A DNA stretch of 64,000 nucleotides from an uncultured virus (IMG/VR IMGVR_UViG_3300013132_000024). Lineage: Duplodnaviria; Heunggongvirae; Uroviricota; Caudoviricetes. The position numbers and the translations under genes are program-made. Shown here piece after piece: positions 25,607 through 36,420 of this stretch (its first letter is position 1; every line of letters starts with the position of its first letter). The stretch lies in the IMG/VR virus record IMGVR_UViG_3300013132_000024, one strand, 5' to 3'. The notes below the pieces were generated by a model that had not been told where the DNA came from, did no database searches, and worked only from the letters and a program-made list of their open reading frames with translations.

Positions 25607-28383
25607 TATTGTCTACTCCATTGTTTTCTATTTTTAGAATCAGAAACACCTATTGCTGATAATAAATCTTTATTTTTAGCAACTATTTGAACTGCTGCTT
25701 TATATTTAGATTCATCAGTCATAGATCTATTACCTTTTTTACGTTTCATTTGATCTATAGTTACTTGAGCTTGTCTAAGTTGTTCTAATTTTTTTCTCAT
25801 TTCGTCACCACCAGGGCCATTTCCTTGATGTGTAGTATCTGAATGCATATCTTGTGGATTTGGTTGGGCATCACTAGTACCGTCATCAACCAATTGTTGT
25901 GGTTGTTGCATTAATTGGTTGTTTTGTTCAATCATTGGATTAAACCATCTAGGTTCATTAGATTCCATTTCCATCATAATATTTTCATCTCTTTCTTCAA
26001 TATCCTCATCACTTTGTCTTAGAACATTTTTTCTAATCCATCTATGATCGTAATATTTACCAGCCATATCTTGGAAATTACGAGCAAGATTAACTCTAGC
26101 TTCAGCTATTTCAGCGTCTTTTAATTCTGTGAAATAATTATCTCTAGCATAATTGTATTTTATTTGTTGTGCTAATAATTCCCAATCTTCAGGAGTAACT
26201 ATTTGTTTTAAAATTAATTGTTTTTCTAACATTTTTGTGAATAATTCAGAAAAACGTGATCTTAATCTTACTACAAATCTAGCAAATTTTAATTCATCTC
26301 TAGTAATTTCTGTAGCTCTACCTATAGAAAATAAAGCATCGGAGCTTAATCTAGAAACAGGAACGTTTAAACATTGTAAAAATTTCTTTTGAAAATATAA
26401 AACGTCGTCTAATTGTCCTAATGTTTCACCAGCAGGTAATGTTGTAACTTCAGTTCCTCTGCCACCTTCTTTTCTTGGAAGCCAATAATCTTCCAACATT
26501 GTATTTTTTGTATAAACGCCGGCATCAAGTAAATATGTATGATTACTATGATATGTTTCATCTAAATCAATAGTTAAACAACCTACATCCATAGTTTCTT
26601 CTAACCATTCTACAGAAATAGCTTTATGATTTATAAGTTGTTCTGCAAAATATTTTTTAGATCCGAATTTTCCTTTAATATTTGTTCTATTTAAATTATT
26701 ATTTCTACAAAATTCGCTTAAATTTTCTAATATAATTTCTTCACTTGTTGGTATTTTAATTTTCCATGTTTTACATTTTGGTATACGATTTTTAGCAGCA
26801 ATACTTAATTTAGCTCTCCATTCTAGAGTAAAATCTTCTGATTTATTAATTTTATTACCAAATCCATATTTTGCGCAATCCCAATGATAATTCATATGAT
26901 CATTTCTGTTCATACGAACTAAATTATCTGGTGAATTGTTATATTTATTAAAATCTTTATGATGTATTGTGTTTTTTATGGAATTAGCGTATTTTTCGTT
27001 GTGTATCATTTCTTCACGAATATTATTATTATCTTTCCATTCTGCTACTTCTCTATGAGTAAATTCCCAAGTTTTAGTATCGTTTTTATAAATTTGTTCA
27101 TAAAGTTTATTAGAATATAATTCTTTTTGTTTTCTATATCCTGGAATGATAGATTCTCCAATCAAATGTTGAGCTTCTATCATTCCTTTACCCCAAACAG
27201 GAAATTTATGATCTGGTGTACATATTATTGTTTTACCATTATCTAATGTAACTTTTACAACTTGTGCTTTTTTCTTAGTTATACCTGCCCAAGATATTGG
27301 ACCAGGTACAAATTTTCCAGTAATGGGATCACAAGAATAAACCCAATTTTTCTTTCCAGATTCATATTCTTTTTGAATTTCAAATAAAGTTAACGTTCTA
27401 CCATCAAGCAATGGTATTTTAGTTGTCATATCTAAGCACATAAATTTACGATCATCTCTGATTTCACCAGTAGTTGCGTCATATATCAATCTATTTTTAT
27501 GTTTTACCATAATTTCGCGAATATATTGTTCCGCTTTCATTTTTGGCAAATTACCAACGTCAATATACCATACTCTTCTTTCTGGTGCTCTTGCTAATCT
27601 ATAAATTACTAACGCATCTTCCAGAGTTCTTAATTGATTTAATGCCTTAATTGCTTTATGCAAATAAGACAATACCATTGTTTGGTTATTATCTGTAAAT
27701 CCAGAAACTACATGTAATATAGAATCTTTGGTAATTTTTAATCCTGTAGTTGAAGGTCCAACGTTTTTATTACCAAAATTAAATCCTCTATCACTAAAAA
27801 CGAAATATTCGTTAACAGTTTTAGATACATTTACATCGCCTAAAGCGTTTAATCCCATGTTATTAGGAAGTTTTTTTCTTTGTATTTCTTTAACTTTTCT
27901 AATTTTTCTTGGATCAATATATCTTAATTCTTTAATACCCATTTGAGGGTTTTTTTCGTCAATTACAACATGATAATATAACCTTCCATCTATATACCAA
28001 CGTCTGTATATATCATATGCTTTTGTATTAAATTCTAATAATCTTAAACAAGTATTAAATTCTTCTCTAATAACCTTTTTAACATTATCAGGAATTTGTA
28101 TATTATTTAAATTAATATCTACAATTACATCTTCATCTATAGATATGGATTCGTTTATTATTTCATCCACAGCAGAATCTACTTCGGGATGAAGGGACAT
28201 TTCTCTATATTTTGTAACTAATTCAGCTTCTGTTCTTACTGTACCTTCTAAATCTACATAAGTACCATAAGCACCACCAGCTGCAACTAATAGTGCTCCA
28301 TCATCTTCTTCTTTGTTAACAAAAGATGGAGCACTATTAGATTCTTGTTCTGCTTTTTTAAACTCAAAACCGAATAATTTCAT
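25606..28383 (-). CDS. gp20: Portal protein, intein-containing
   Basis: RRWYIDGRLYY, EDALVIYRLARAPERR, IDVGNLPK, MLEDYWLPR, EITRDELKF. Confidence 0.98.
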   Translation of the reverse strand: MKLFGFEFKKAEQESNSAPSFVNKEEDDGALLVAAGGAYGTYVDLEGTVRTEAELVTKYREMSLHPEVDSAVDEIINESISIDEDVIVDINLNNIQIPDNVKKVIREEFNTCLRLLEFNTKAYDIYRRWYIDGRLYYHVVIDEKNPQMGIKELRYIDPRKIRKVKEIQRKKLPNNMGLNALGDVNVSKTVNEYFVFSDRGFNFGNKNVGPSTTGLKITKDSILHVVSGFTDNNQTMVLSYLHKAIKALNQLRTLEDALVIYRLARAPERRVWYIDVGNLPKMKAEQYIREIMVKHKNRLIYDATTGEIRDDRKFMCLDMTTKIPLLDGRTLTLFEIQKEYESGKKNWVYSCDPITGKFVPGPISWAGITKKKAQVVKVTLDNGKTIICTPDHKFPVWGKGMIEAQHLIGESIIPGYRKQKELYSNKLYEQIYKNDTKTWEFTHREVAEWKDNNNIREEMIHNEKYANSIKNTIHHKDFNKYNNSPDNLVRMNRNDHMNYHWDCAKYGFGNKINKSEDFTLEWRAKLSIAAKNRIPKCKTWKIKIPTSEEIILENLSEFCRNNNLNRTNIKGKFGSKKYFAEQLINHKAISVEWLEETMDVGCLTIDLDETYHSNHTYLLDAGVYTKNTMLEDYWLPRKEGGRGTEVTTLPAGETLGQLDDVLYFQKKFLQCLNVPVSRLSSDALFSIGRATEITRDELKFARFVVRLRSRFSELFTKMLEKQLILKQIVTPEDWELLAQQIKYNYARDNYFTELKDAEIAEARVNLARNFQDMAGKYYDHRWIRKNVLRQSDEDIEERDENIMMEMESNEPRWFNPMIEQNNQLMQQPQQLVDDGTSDAQPNPQDMHSDTTHQGNGPGGDEMRKKLEQLRQAQVTIDQMKRKKGNRSMTDESKYKAAVQIVAKNKDLLSAIGVSDSKNRKQWSRQ
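26503..27438 (-). mobile_element. Intein (312 aa) with an HNH endonuclease, in the portal
   Basis: RDDRKFM|CLDMTTKI...CTPDHKF...IHHKDFNKYNNSPDNL...H...GVYTKN|TMLEDYW. Confidence 0.93.
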
Positions 28384-28410
28384 AAACTAAAATCCTTATA
28401 TTTCAATAAT

Positions 28411-29025
28411 TTATGCTGGTCCTTGAGGGCCATCTATATTAATAGAAGGTCCATAAACATTAACACCACCAGCCTTCTTATCAGAAGTTTCTACTAACGG
28501 TTCCCAATAATCATAAGCAAATGTCACATTAAACAATTCATATTGATTTTGAGCATCCCAATCTAATCCTATTGGTCCTATATCAGTTGGAAATGCACCA
28601 ATAACAGTATAAGATCTAATAATAGAACCATCTTTAGAATATTGAACAACTTCTAAATCAGATTTATATTCTTCTGCTGCTAAATTAGGATCTCTAACAT
28701 TAGCAACTAGTCTATTCATACCGTTAGACCAAGTTTCAAATAATGCACGAACAGAAAAATCTTCGTCATTAATAATAGAAACAGTCCAATCTGGAAAATT
28801 ACGATCACCAGCTACCTTAATTTTTCTACCAAAATAACCTACATCAATTGCTCCCAATAATGCTGGAGGCAATTCTGCTTGTTTACACATAAATCTGAAT
28901 TTATTAACAGAAACATTATCAATACCTAAAACTGGTGGTACAGATAAGAAAACATTAAATAAGGAAGGTCTTGCACCACCATAAACTGGTCCGTTTGCTT
29001 TAAACGATGCTATATTAAAAGGCAT
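28411..29025 (-). CDS. gp19: Tail tube protein
   Basis: GGARPSLF, GRKIKVAGDR, WTVSIINDEDF, FAYDYW. Confidence 0.96.
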   Translation of the reverse strand: MPFNIASFKANGPVYGGARPSLFNVFLSVPPVLGIDNVSVNKFRFMCKQAELPPALLGAIDVGYFGRKIKVAGDRNFPDWTVSIINDEDFSVRALFETWSNGMNRLVANVRDPNLAAEEYKSDLEVVQYSKDGSIIRSYTVIGAFPTDIGPIGLDWDAQNQYELFNVTFAYDYWEPLVETSDKKAGGVNVYGPSINIDGPQGPA

Positions 29026-29052
29026 TTATTACTCCTTGTTGTAAATCTATAT

Positions 29053-29060
29053 TATTTATA
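29053..29060 (-). promoter_or_regulatory. Late promoter TATAAATA (gp19)
   Basis: Exact consensus right after the gp18 stop. Confidence 0.8.
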
Positions 29061-31343
29061 TTAATTTCCAGCCTTTCCTACAACTTCAGAGAATTGAACC
29101 CCTGTACCAACAGCAACAAAGTTCAATTGAATAAAGTTAATAGAACGAGCAGGTTTAATGTAAATATCTCCAACAAATTGATTGCTATCAATTATAGCTG
29201 GTGTATTATTGGTGTCATCACATACAACTAAGAAATCTGTTATACCTCTACGTCCTTGTATAGTTCTTAAATAAGGAACAACTAGGTTCTTAAATTGTGC
29301 TCTAGTAAATGCATCGTTAAATTCGAATAATGAATACTTAGCAGCAACAGATATTGCTTTTTCTAGAACTATAAACAATCTTCTTACATTAATTCTATCA
29401 AACGCAGAAGGTTTTGCTTGAAGTGTTTTATCTCCGAATAATATAGTTCCTTGACCAGGGAATGTAACCACTGGATTTACACCATTCTTATAAAGAATAT
29501 CTCTTTCTGCTTTTCTAGGGTTATATGCTAATTTAACTAGATTTTTAATTTGACCTCTGTTAAATCCAGCAGGAGACCACCAAGCATCATTAGTATTGTC
29601 TGTTCTTACACATACGCCTGCTATATCTCCGTTTAATGGAATCCAACGATATAAATCGTTGTATCTATCATACATATATTTGTATCCGGAATCCATTACA
29701 GCATAAGAGGTACTATGTAATGCTCCTCTCCAAGCTTCTAAGTTTAATGCTTCATTACCTAAAGCATTATAAATTAATGATTTTTCAGGGCTTACTAATG
29801 CCACACAATCTTTTCTTATTTCACAAATATTATCTATAATATAATTTGCCAATTGATATCCTGTAACTGTTCTTCCATTAACAACAGTAGAACCTCCAAG
29901 CGGTTTTCCTTGTAATACAAGAGAAATATCTACATCTTCAGAAGAAACGAATAAATCATATGCTGATCCTATTACTGATAACGGAGCAGTTGATTCTGAA
30001 TATCCATCATTGCCTAATGTAAAATTAATATTCAATGGTTTTGTAGATGTAGAAGAAGCAACATTAGTAGAATTAGCTGATGATGCAGTAGATCTATCTC
30101 TACCCCACCAAACATATCCTGAATTTTGATTAATAACCTCTTTATAGTAATTTGTAGTATTATCTAAATTCTTAGCATCTGTAGCTCTAGATACATTTTT
30201 ATATACTTCAAGAATAGTTCCAGGAGTACCAGTAAATCCTCCATCTTCGTCTATTACAACTACGTGTAATTCGTCATTAGCTGAAGTGTTCCCATTATTT
30301 AACACATAAGGAGATTGTCCAGGAACAGTATCTACCACATTGAAAAATTCCCAATTTCTTTGTATTGTATTTGAAGAATAAGCAGTATGTAATCTATATG
30401 GATCTTCAAAATTAATAGTTAGAACAGTATTAGAAGAAACGCTGTTATTAACCGCTACAGAAGTAATTTGCATATATTGATAACCAATAGAAGCATTTCC
30501 TGCTAATATTTGGTCGCCAGTATTAAAACTTGTTTTAATTGTAGTAGCAGAAGCATTAGAAGTTCCAGAAAATTGAGCTGTAGCTTCAGTATTTCCTATA
30601 ACAAAATCTAACGTAGTGGCCATAGAAATATTAGATTGATAAGAAGCTGCAGTATCACAAACAGCAACTCTTAAAGAATTTCCTAATGCACCAGGATATT
30701 TTGCCAAATAAAGTACATCTGTATCAAAAGTACCTTCTTTATTATTGTAATCTTCAGAATTTTTAACTATTTGGTTTACTAAATTAGCAACAATACCAGC
30801 AGAAGAACCATCTGAATCTATAGCGATTGAATTATATGCAGTTCCTGGGTTTGCGAAATATAGTAATGTAGCAGTATTAACAGATGTATTTTGAGATAAT
30901 ACTATTGCTGTAGAATTTACAGAAGAAATAGTAACATTATTACCTGAAGACATAACAGAAGAATTAGAGCTTTGACTAACATACATACCTGCCAATAAAC
31001 CAGTAGTATTTCCTGTGAATATATTATTACTTACTGTAGAGTTAGCAGTAGATAAGAATGATGCTGAAGGAGTATTTCCAGAAGTATTTGCTCCTCTAGA
31101 AATATATAAACGATTAGCATACGATAAAAAGCTTGCTGCTGTAAAAAATGTTTCTGCGTTGAAATTAGTAGGTTTTCCAAATCTAGAAACTAATAGGTTT
31201 TCAGAATCTATTAATACTCTTTCTCCTACTGGTCCCCATCTGAAAACTCCTGCAAAAGCTCCATCTGATGTAGCTACAGCAGGCACAACAGTTGTCAGGT
31301 CAATTTCAGTAATATTTACACCTGGACTTAATTGAAACGCCAT
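29061..31343 (-). CDS. gp18: Tail sheath protein
   Basis: LSPGVNITEIDLT, WGP, SPAGFNRG, FDRINVRRLF, KPARSINFI. Confidence 0.98.
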   Translation of the reverse strand: MAFQLSPGVNITEIDLTTVVPAVATSDGAFAGVFRWGPVGERVLIDSENLLVSRFGKPTNFNAETFFTAASFLSYANRLYISRGANTSGNTPSASFLSTANSTVSNNIFTGNTTGLLAGMYVSQSSNSSVMSSGNNVTISSVNSTAIVLSQNTSVNTATLLYFANPGTAYNSIAIDSDGSSAGIVANLVNQIVKNSEDYNNKEGTFDTDVLYLAKYPGALGNSLRVAVCDTAASYQSNISMATTLDFVIGNTEATAQFSGTSNASATTIKTSFNTGDQILAGNASIGYQYMQITSVAVNNSVSSNTVLTINFEDPYRLHTAYSSNTIQRNWEFFNVVDTVPGQSPYVLNNGNTSANDELHVVVIDEDGGFTGTPGTILEVYKNVSRATDAKNLDNTTNYYKEVINQNSGYVWWGRDRSTASSANSTNVASSTSTKPLNINFTLGNDGYSESTAPLSVIGSAYDLFVSSEDVDISLVLQGKPLGGSTVVNGRTVTGYQLANYIIDNICEIRKDCVALVSPEKSLIYNALGNEALNLEAWRGALHSTSYAVMDSGYKYMYDRYNDLYRWIPLNGDIAGVCVRTDNTNDAWWSPAGFNRGQIKNLVKLAYNPRKAERDILYKNGVNPVVTFPGQGTILFGDKTLQAKPSAFDRINVRRLFIVLEKAISVAAKYSLFEFNDAFTRAQFKNLVVPYLRTIQGRRGITDFLVVCDDTNNTPAIIDSNQFVGDIYIKPARSINFIQLNFVAVGTGVQFSEVVGKAGN

Positions 31344-31383
31344 TTTTTTCTCCTTGTATTATATATTATCTTGATTTTATTTA

Positions 31384-33045
31384 TTAAAAATCAAGTTTTA
31401 CGTCGTCAGCCCACATCCAAGCTTCTTTAGAAAAAACGGGTTTATCGTCATCGAAATAATCTATAGGTTCTTGTCCAGTAACTAAAAACCCAAAAGGCGC
31501 TAAATCTTGTTCTAAATCTTCTTCAGATTTTTCTCTTAAACTTCTTAATGTGTTAATATCAGTATAATCTTTAAAATATTGTTGTTCTGTCATCCAACCA
31601 AATAATACTAATCCCATAACTAAATCGTCAGTTTTACCTGGTTCTGCTTCGTATGAATTGTGTCTTCTTGAAAATGTTTTTAATTCTGATATTGTATCTG
31701 CATTATTTACTATTAATTGGTTTTGTTCTATTAATAATTTCAATATAGAACATCCAATAGATTTAACAACTTTAGTTGTTTTTATACCTTTATCCACCGA
31801 ACCAGAACCACCAAAGCCAGAAGTTATTCTTTTTCCACTTCTTCCAGCATTTTCAGTATATAATATATTTTCATATCCAAAATCATAATGTAATGCATGA
31901 GATACAGATTCACCAATATCGTTTATTTCTACTAATACTGAAGCATTATTGTGTCCTTTAGCTACTCTATGTATAACTTCTGCGTAATCATGTGGACCAA
32001 TAGCATTGCTTCTATATACTGCAACTTGTTGATAAGGCATTTCAGTAACATCTAAAACATGAAACGCAGAATAATCTAAACCTTTTCCACGAGATACATC
32101 ACATATTATAATATAAACACGTTCTTGTTCTGGTTTAAAATATTGCCACAATCCTTCTTTTCTAGATATAGGCATTTGTTCCACTAATTCTTTTAATTTC
32201 CATCCAGATATAAGCGTACCCGAAGATCCTAAGAATTCTACTTCATGTTCTTGTGCGAATTTTTCAACATCAAAATTCATACCAGATAAAGTTTCTTGTT
32301 TCCATTTTTCAGATCTACCGGGCACATCTGACCAATGTACACGAATCCATTTGTAATTATTTTTTTCGTTTATTGCATTAGCCCAAGTAGTATGAAAATG
32401 ATTTAATCCGTTAGGAGTAGAAACCAAAATAATTTTAGATTCTGAACCAGAAGAAATAGTAGGAAATACAGATGTAAAAAATTGATCCCAATTATCAATA
32501 AAAGCTGCTTCGTCAATGAATAAAAGATTAATAGAATATCCACGAATAGAATCAGAACTAGTAGAACCAGCTATAACTCTAGAATTATTTTCTAATTCAA
32601 GAGAACCTTTGTTCCATTCAACAATACCTTGTTGTAACCATTTTGGAAGATGTTGATATGCTAATTGAATACGCCCTAGAATTTCTCTAGCTGTATCCCC
32701 TTTATTAGCCAATAATGCTACTGTTTTTTCTTCGTGGAACAATACGAACCATAAAATAAAAGCACAAGTAGTGGTAGACTTACCTGCTTGTCGCGCTGTT
32801 GCTACAATATTATATCTATTTTCTGCAAAATTTTGTAACATTTGTTTTTGATAAGGATATAATTTAAAATTCACTAATCCTTTATCAACATTAATAATTT
32901 TCATATAATTTTCAATAAAATAAATTACATCTTGAGAACATTTAACATATTCTTGTATAAGATGTTCATTCCATTCTATTTCTTGATTTGCTTTTTTTAA
33001 TAATGGATTACCATTATAAGATTTAAGATTATTCGTTTCCATCAA
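31384..33045 (-). CDS. gp17: Terminase large subunit
   Basis: YNGNPLLK, RQAGKST, FIDEAAF, STPNG, DVSRG, DDLVM. Confidence 0.98.
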   Translation of the reverse strand: MMETNNLKSYNGNPLLKKANQEIEWNEHLIQEYVKCSQDVIYFIENYMKIINVDKGLVNFKLYPYQKQMLQNFAENRYNIVATARQAGKSTTTCAFILWFVLFHEEKTVALLANKGDTAREILGRIQLAYQHLPKWLQQGIVEWNKGSLELENNSRVIAGSTSSDSIRGYSINLLFIDEAAFIDNWDQFFTSVFPTISSGSESKIILVSTPNGLNHFHTTWANAINEKNNYKWIRVHWSDVPGRSEKWKQETLSGMNFDVEKFAQEHEVEFLGSSGTLISGWKLKELVEQMPISRKEGLWQYFKPEQERVYIIICDVSRGKGLDYSAFHVLDVTEMPYQQVAVYRSNAIGPHDYAEVIHRVAKGHNNASVLVEINDIGESVSHALHYDFGYENILYTENAGRSGKRITSGFGGSGSVDKGIKTTKVVKSIGCSILKLLIEQNQLIVNNADTISELKTFSRRHNSYEAEPGKTDDLVMGLVLFGWMTEQQYFKDYTDINTLRSLREKSEEDLEQDLAPFGFLVTGQEPIDYFDDDKPVFSKEAWMWADDVKLDF

Positions 33046-33409
33046 ATTTCATCTGTTTTAATATTTTTTGTAATTCTGCTGTTGAACCAACGATTAATGT
33101 ATTATTAATCGTTTTTCCAGAAGATTTTCTATTGGTTTCTCCTGTTAGTTTTTTAGTTTTTTCTTGTAAATCTAAAAGACTTTTATTGGCAAATACAGCT
33201 GAATCTGCTAATTTACCTAAAACTTCAAATGCTCTAGGATGTTGTGATTGTGTTGCTATTTCTGATAAAGATTCCATAGCAGTTTTTATTGTATCTACTA
33301 CAACACAAATATTAGATCTTGCAATTTCAAAATCTTTTTCTATAGAATCATCATTAGCGTTTTCTATAATTTCTGTTACTGTATCAGAAGAAATTAATTC
33401 GTTATTCAT
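33029..33409 (-). CDS. gp16: Terminase small subunit
   Basis: DFEIARSN, HPRAFEV, VGSTAELQK. Confidence 0.93.
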   Translation of the reverse strand: MNNELISSDTVTEIIENANDDSIEKDFEIARSNICVVVDTIKTAMESLSEIATQSQHPRAFEVLGKLADSAVFANKSLLDLQEKTKKLTGETNRKSSGKTINNTLIVGSTAELQKILKQMKFDGNE

Positions 33410-34253
33410 TATCTAAATCCTCGCTATTGTATATTTGAGTAATATAGCCGAAATCATCATCTATATTTATTTCTGTATATGCTATTGTATTACTTATATT
33501 AGATGTTGGTTCACCGTTAGCAGTTAAACCTGGTTGAACCGTTATTCTTTCTACTGGACTTGTTATATCTACTGCTTTATCTAATTCACCATCGGGAACA
33601 GATGGTATATGAAAATTAACTTTAACAAATTTAATAATTCCTGATTTTTTAATAGGACCAAATAAATATCCATGACAAACAAAATGTAAAGTCCAAATAA
33701 TAGCTCTTCTTTCTGTAAAATTACCAGTATAAGTATCTTGGTATTCAATATTTTTAAGTATTATTGATATATCTTTTTTATCATTCATTTCTTCTATTAA
33801 ATAAACTGGTGTAGTCCAATCTGGAGTAAAAAATGGTAATATTTGTTCTATTATTTTTGTTCCGTCTTCTGCATTTTTAGCATATATGTACGCTTTAAAC
33901 TCTATATCATAAGGAACCCAATTATATTGATATTTTACTAAGTTTGAATTTGTATCGTCTTTTACAGAAACTCTTTGTGTTGTACCTAATTTTCTATCTC
34001 CAGCATAATACATATTACCTTTTTCAAAAGAAATCATAGGTAATGGTGCAGTAGCAGAAGGTCTATCTATATTAGGGTCTTGTATAACTCTAGCCAACAT
34101 TTTATCTTTTGGTGCGTATGTAATAGGAACCTTAATTAATCCTACATCATTACCATTTTCGTCTGTTCTAGTAATATATATGTCGTTTAATAATGTTCCC
34201 ATTAAAATAACATATTTTCTTATAAGACCATGGTAAAAAACTTGACCGAACAT
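33402..34253 (-). CDS. gp15: Tail sheath stabilizer / completion protein
   Basis: FYHGLIRKY, VPITYAPK, IIEQILPFFTP. Confidence 0.94.
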   Translation of the reverse strand: MFGQVFYHGLIRKYVILMGTLLNDIYITRTDENGNDVGLIKVPITYAPKDKMLARVIQDPNIDRPSATAPLPMISFEKGNMYYAGDRKLGTTQRVSVKDDTNSNLVKYQYNWVPYDIEFKAYIYAKNAEDGTKIIEQILPFFTPDWTTPVYLIEEMNDKKDISIILKNIEYQDTYTGNFTERRAIIWTLHFVCHGYLFGPIKKSGIIKFVKVNFHIPSVPDGELDKAVDITSPVERITVQPGLTANGEPTSNISNTIAYTEINIDDDFGYITQIYNSEDLDNE

Positions 34254-34991
34254 TTATATATTTCTTTCTGAAAATGGATCTTGTTGAGTAAAATCTACAA
34301 ATTGATCTGATTCTTGTTGTATTTCATCAGAATCATCTCCAGGAATATCATTTTCTCCTGTTGGATTTAATGGAGAAGAATCTAATATAAAATAATTACC
34401 AAATTCGTCAGTAAGGTAATATCCTTCTTCGTCTAATATTCCCCAATTAAATACGTTGGTATCTAGAAGTGTTTGTACTTGATCTATTTCTTCAATTCCA
34501 GTATTAAAGTTTTCGCCACCATATTCGAATAGTTCACAAGTTAGTTCCCAAGTTTGTAATGCGCCTAATTGATAAAACATTTCCATTTTGTTAACATATT
34601 TAATTTGAAATGCTTTTTGATTTAATGGAAAATATATAAGGTCGCCTTCGTTTGGCCTTATTTGTTGTGTATATCTACCAACTTCATGTTGAAATGTTCT
34701 TCTAGCAACTGTAAAAATAATTCTATCTCTAATTTCTAATCCTGCAACATTAGAAAAGAATGTTCCATCACCAGTAAATCCTTCTACAGATTTAATATAT
34801 ATTTCTATAGGATATGCTTTTTCAAACGAAGAAATACTGTCTTCGCCATATACTGAATCATAATTATTAAGCTTGCGAGGAATATAAAACATATCCTCGC
34901 CCCACATTTTAATTGATTCAATAACTAAATTTTCTAATAATTCTTGTTCTTGAGAAGATTGATAGTTATTGAAATAAAAATTTGTAGCCAT
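34254..34991 (-). CDS. gp14: Neck protein
   Basis: ESIKMWG, YIPR, RPNEGDLIYFP, FYQLG. Confidence 0.94.
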   Translation of the reverse strand: MATNFYFNNYQSSQEQELLENLVIESIKMWGEDMFYIPRKLNNYDSVYGEDSISSFEKAYPIEIYIKSVEGFTGDGTFFSNVAGLEIRDRIIFTVARRTFQHEVGRYTQQIRPNEGDLIYFPLNQKAFQIKYVNKMEMFYQLGALQTWELTCELFEYGGENFNTGIEEIDQVQTLLDTNVFNWGILDEEGYYLTDEFGNYFILDSSPLNPTGENDIPGDDSDEIQQESDQFVDFTQQDPFSERNI

Positions 34992-34992
34992 A

Positions 34993-35733
34993 TTATCCTA
35001 TCATATCGCTAGCAGGAAGTGAATAAGTGTAAATCATTTCTTGTTCTAATTTGCCACGTTCTAAAACAGCATCATCATATATTTTTTCACCATTAAGCAT
35101 AATACCACCAGTCATCTTAGCTCCAACAAATTTAGTAATATTAGATCCCCATTGTTCTTTTAATAAACAAGTAGCATATCTTTGTAGCCATCTATCTTTC
35201 CATACATCAGTATATGTAGTCGGATCTACTACTTCATAACATTCGGCAATTAAATAGTTTCCCTCGTCTACTCTTTCCCAATCCATATCTATATATAATT
35301 TATTTGTATGTCTATTATATCTTAATGGTTGTTTGCCCACCAATATTTCTTCTAAAAATTGAATATGATGAATAGCCATATAGTATGGTATCATAGATAC
35401 AGATGTTAATGTGTATAAATCGTTTAAAGCTATTTGATAACGAATATTGAACATATTATTAGTGTTCAATGCGTGTCCTATGTCAAATATATTAACAACA
35501 CCTATGATGTTTTCTGGTATTGTAATATATTTGTCTATCTTATTATTGGCCGTTACTTGATGCTTTAAATACACTTTTTCTGTACCATCGAAATGATAGT
35601 CCCAATAATATCTTAAAGCTTCGTCTACACGATCTTCTACTTGATCGTCGTCTATATTAATTTCTATAACAGGTGCACCTAACTTTCTTAGGCAAAAATC
35701 TTTAAATTCTTGACGGCTTGATGGTGAAGGCAT
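34993..35733 (-). CDS. gp13: Neck protein
   Basis: CLRKLGAPVIEINIDDDQ, YHFDG, KEQWGSN. Confidence 0.95.
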   Translation of the reverse strand: MPSPSSRQEFKDFCLRKLGAPVIEINIDDDQVEDRVDEALRYYWDYHFDGTEKVYLKHQVTANNKIDKYITIPENIIGVVNIFDIGHALNTNNMFNIRYQIALNDLYTLTSVSMIPYYMAIHHIQFLEEILVGKQPLRYNRHTNKLYIDMDWERVDEGNYLIAECYEVVDPTTYTDVWKDRWLQRYATCLLKEQWGSNITKFVGAKMTGGIMLNGEKIYDDAVLERGKLEQEMIYTYSLPASDMIG

Positions 35734-35742
35734 GATTTCCTC

Positions 35743-35771
35743 TTTACTTGTTACTAAATATTATTTATAAT
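35743..35771 (+). promoter_or_regulatory. Sigma70-type promoter for the 2OG oxygenase
   Basis: TTTACT(35743-48)-N17-TATAAT(35766-71); GGAG RBS before ATG 35800. Confidence 0.7.
35762..35769 (-). promoter_or_regulatory. Late promoter TATAAATA (gp13 operon)
   Basis: Exact consensus upstream of gp13. Confidence 0.8.
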
Positions 35772-35799
35772 ATCATGAATATAAAGATGGAGATTTATC

Positions 35800-36420
35800 A
35801 TGAAAAATAATATAATCTATAATAACCCTACACAAAGAGCTGCATATACATATCCCTGGGCTTATTGGGACGATTGTTTTACAGAAGAAGATCTAAATAA
35901 TGTTATTAAATATTGTGAGTCTTTTGATCTGAAAATGGGTACTACAGGCGATCTTACAGAAGAAAATAAAGAAAAAATAGAAAAAATAAGAAAATCTCAA
36001 GTAAATTTTCACGAAAGAACTCCAGACAATGCCTGGATATTTAATAAAATAAATTTCATATTACAAAATATAAACGAAATGTATTATGGATTCGATTTAA
36101 ACGGATATTCATTTTTCCAATATACTACATATAATGTTGGCGATAATTATACTTGGCATATGGATACTTTTATGGGCGATGAAGTATCTGCTGATTTGGG
36201 CGGTATAAGAAAATTATCTCTGACTCTTCTTCTTAATGATGATTTTGAAGGCGGTGAATTTCTTATAAACAATGGTAGAGAAAACAATCCGATTAAAGTT
36301 ATCAGTAAAAAAGGAAGAGCTATACTCTTTCCTTCCTTTATGATACATAAAGTAGAACCTATATTAAAAGGCACTAGAAAATCTCTAGTAGTTTGGTGTT
36401 TAGGACCCAAGTTCCAATAA
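35800..36420 (+). CDS. 2OG-Fe(II) oxygenase (prolyl-hydroxylase/PiuC-like)
   Basis: QYTTY...YTWHMD (HxD), RKLS, FEGGEF, FPSF.IHKV, RKSLVVW. Confidence 0.9.
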   Translation: MKNNIIYNNPTQRAAYTYPWAYWDDCFTEEDLNNVIKYCESFDLKMGTTGDLTEENKEKIEKIRKSQVNFHERTPDNAWIFNKINFILQNINEMYYGFDLNGYSFFQYTTYNVGDNYTWHMDTFMGDEVSADLGGIRKLSLTLLLNDDFEGGEFLINNGRENNPIKVISKKGRAILFPSFMIHKVEPILKGTRKSLVVWCLGPKFQ

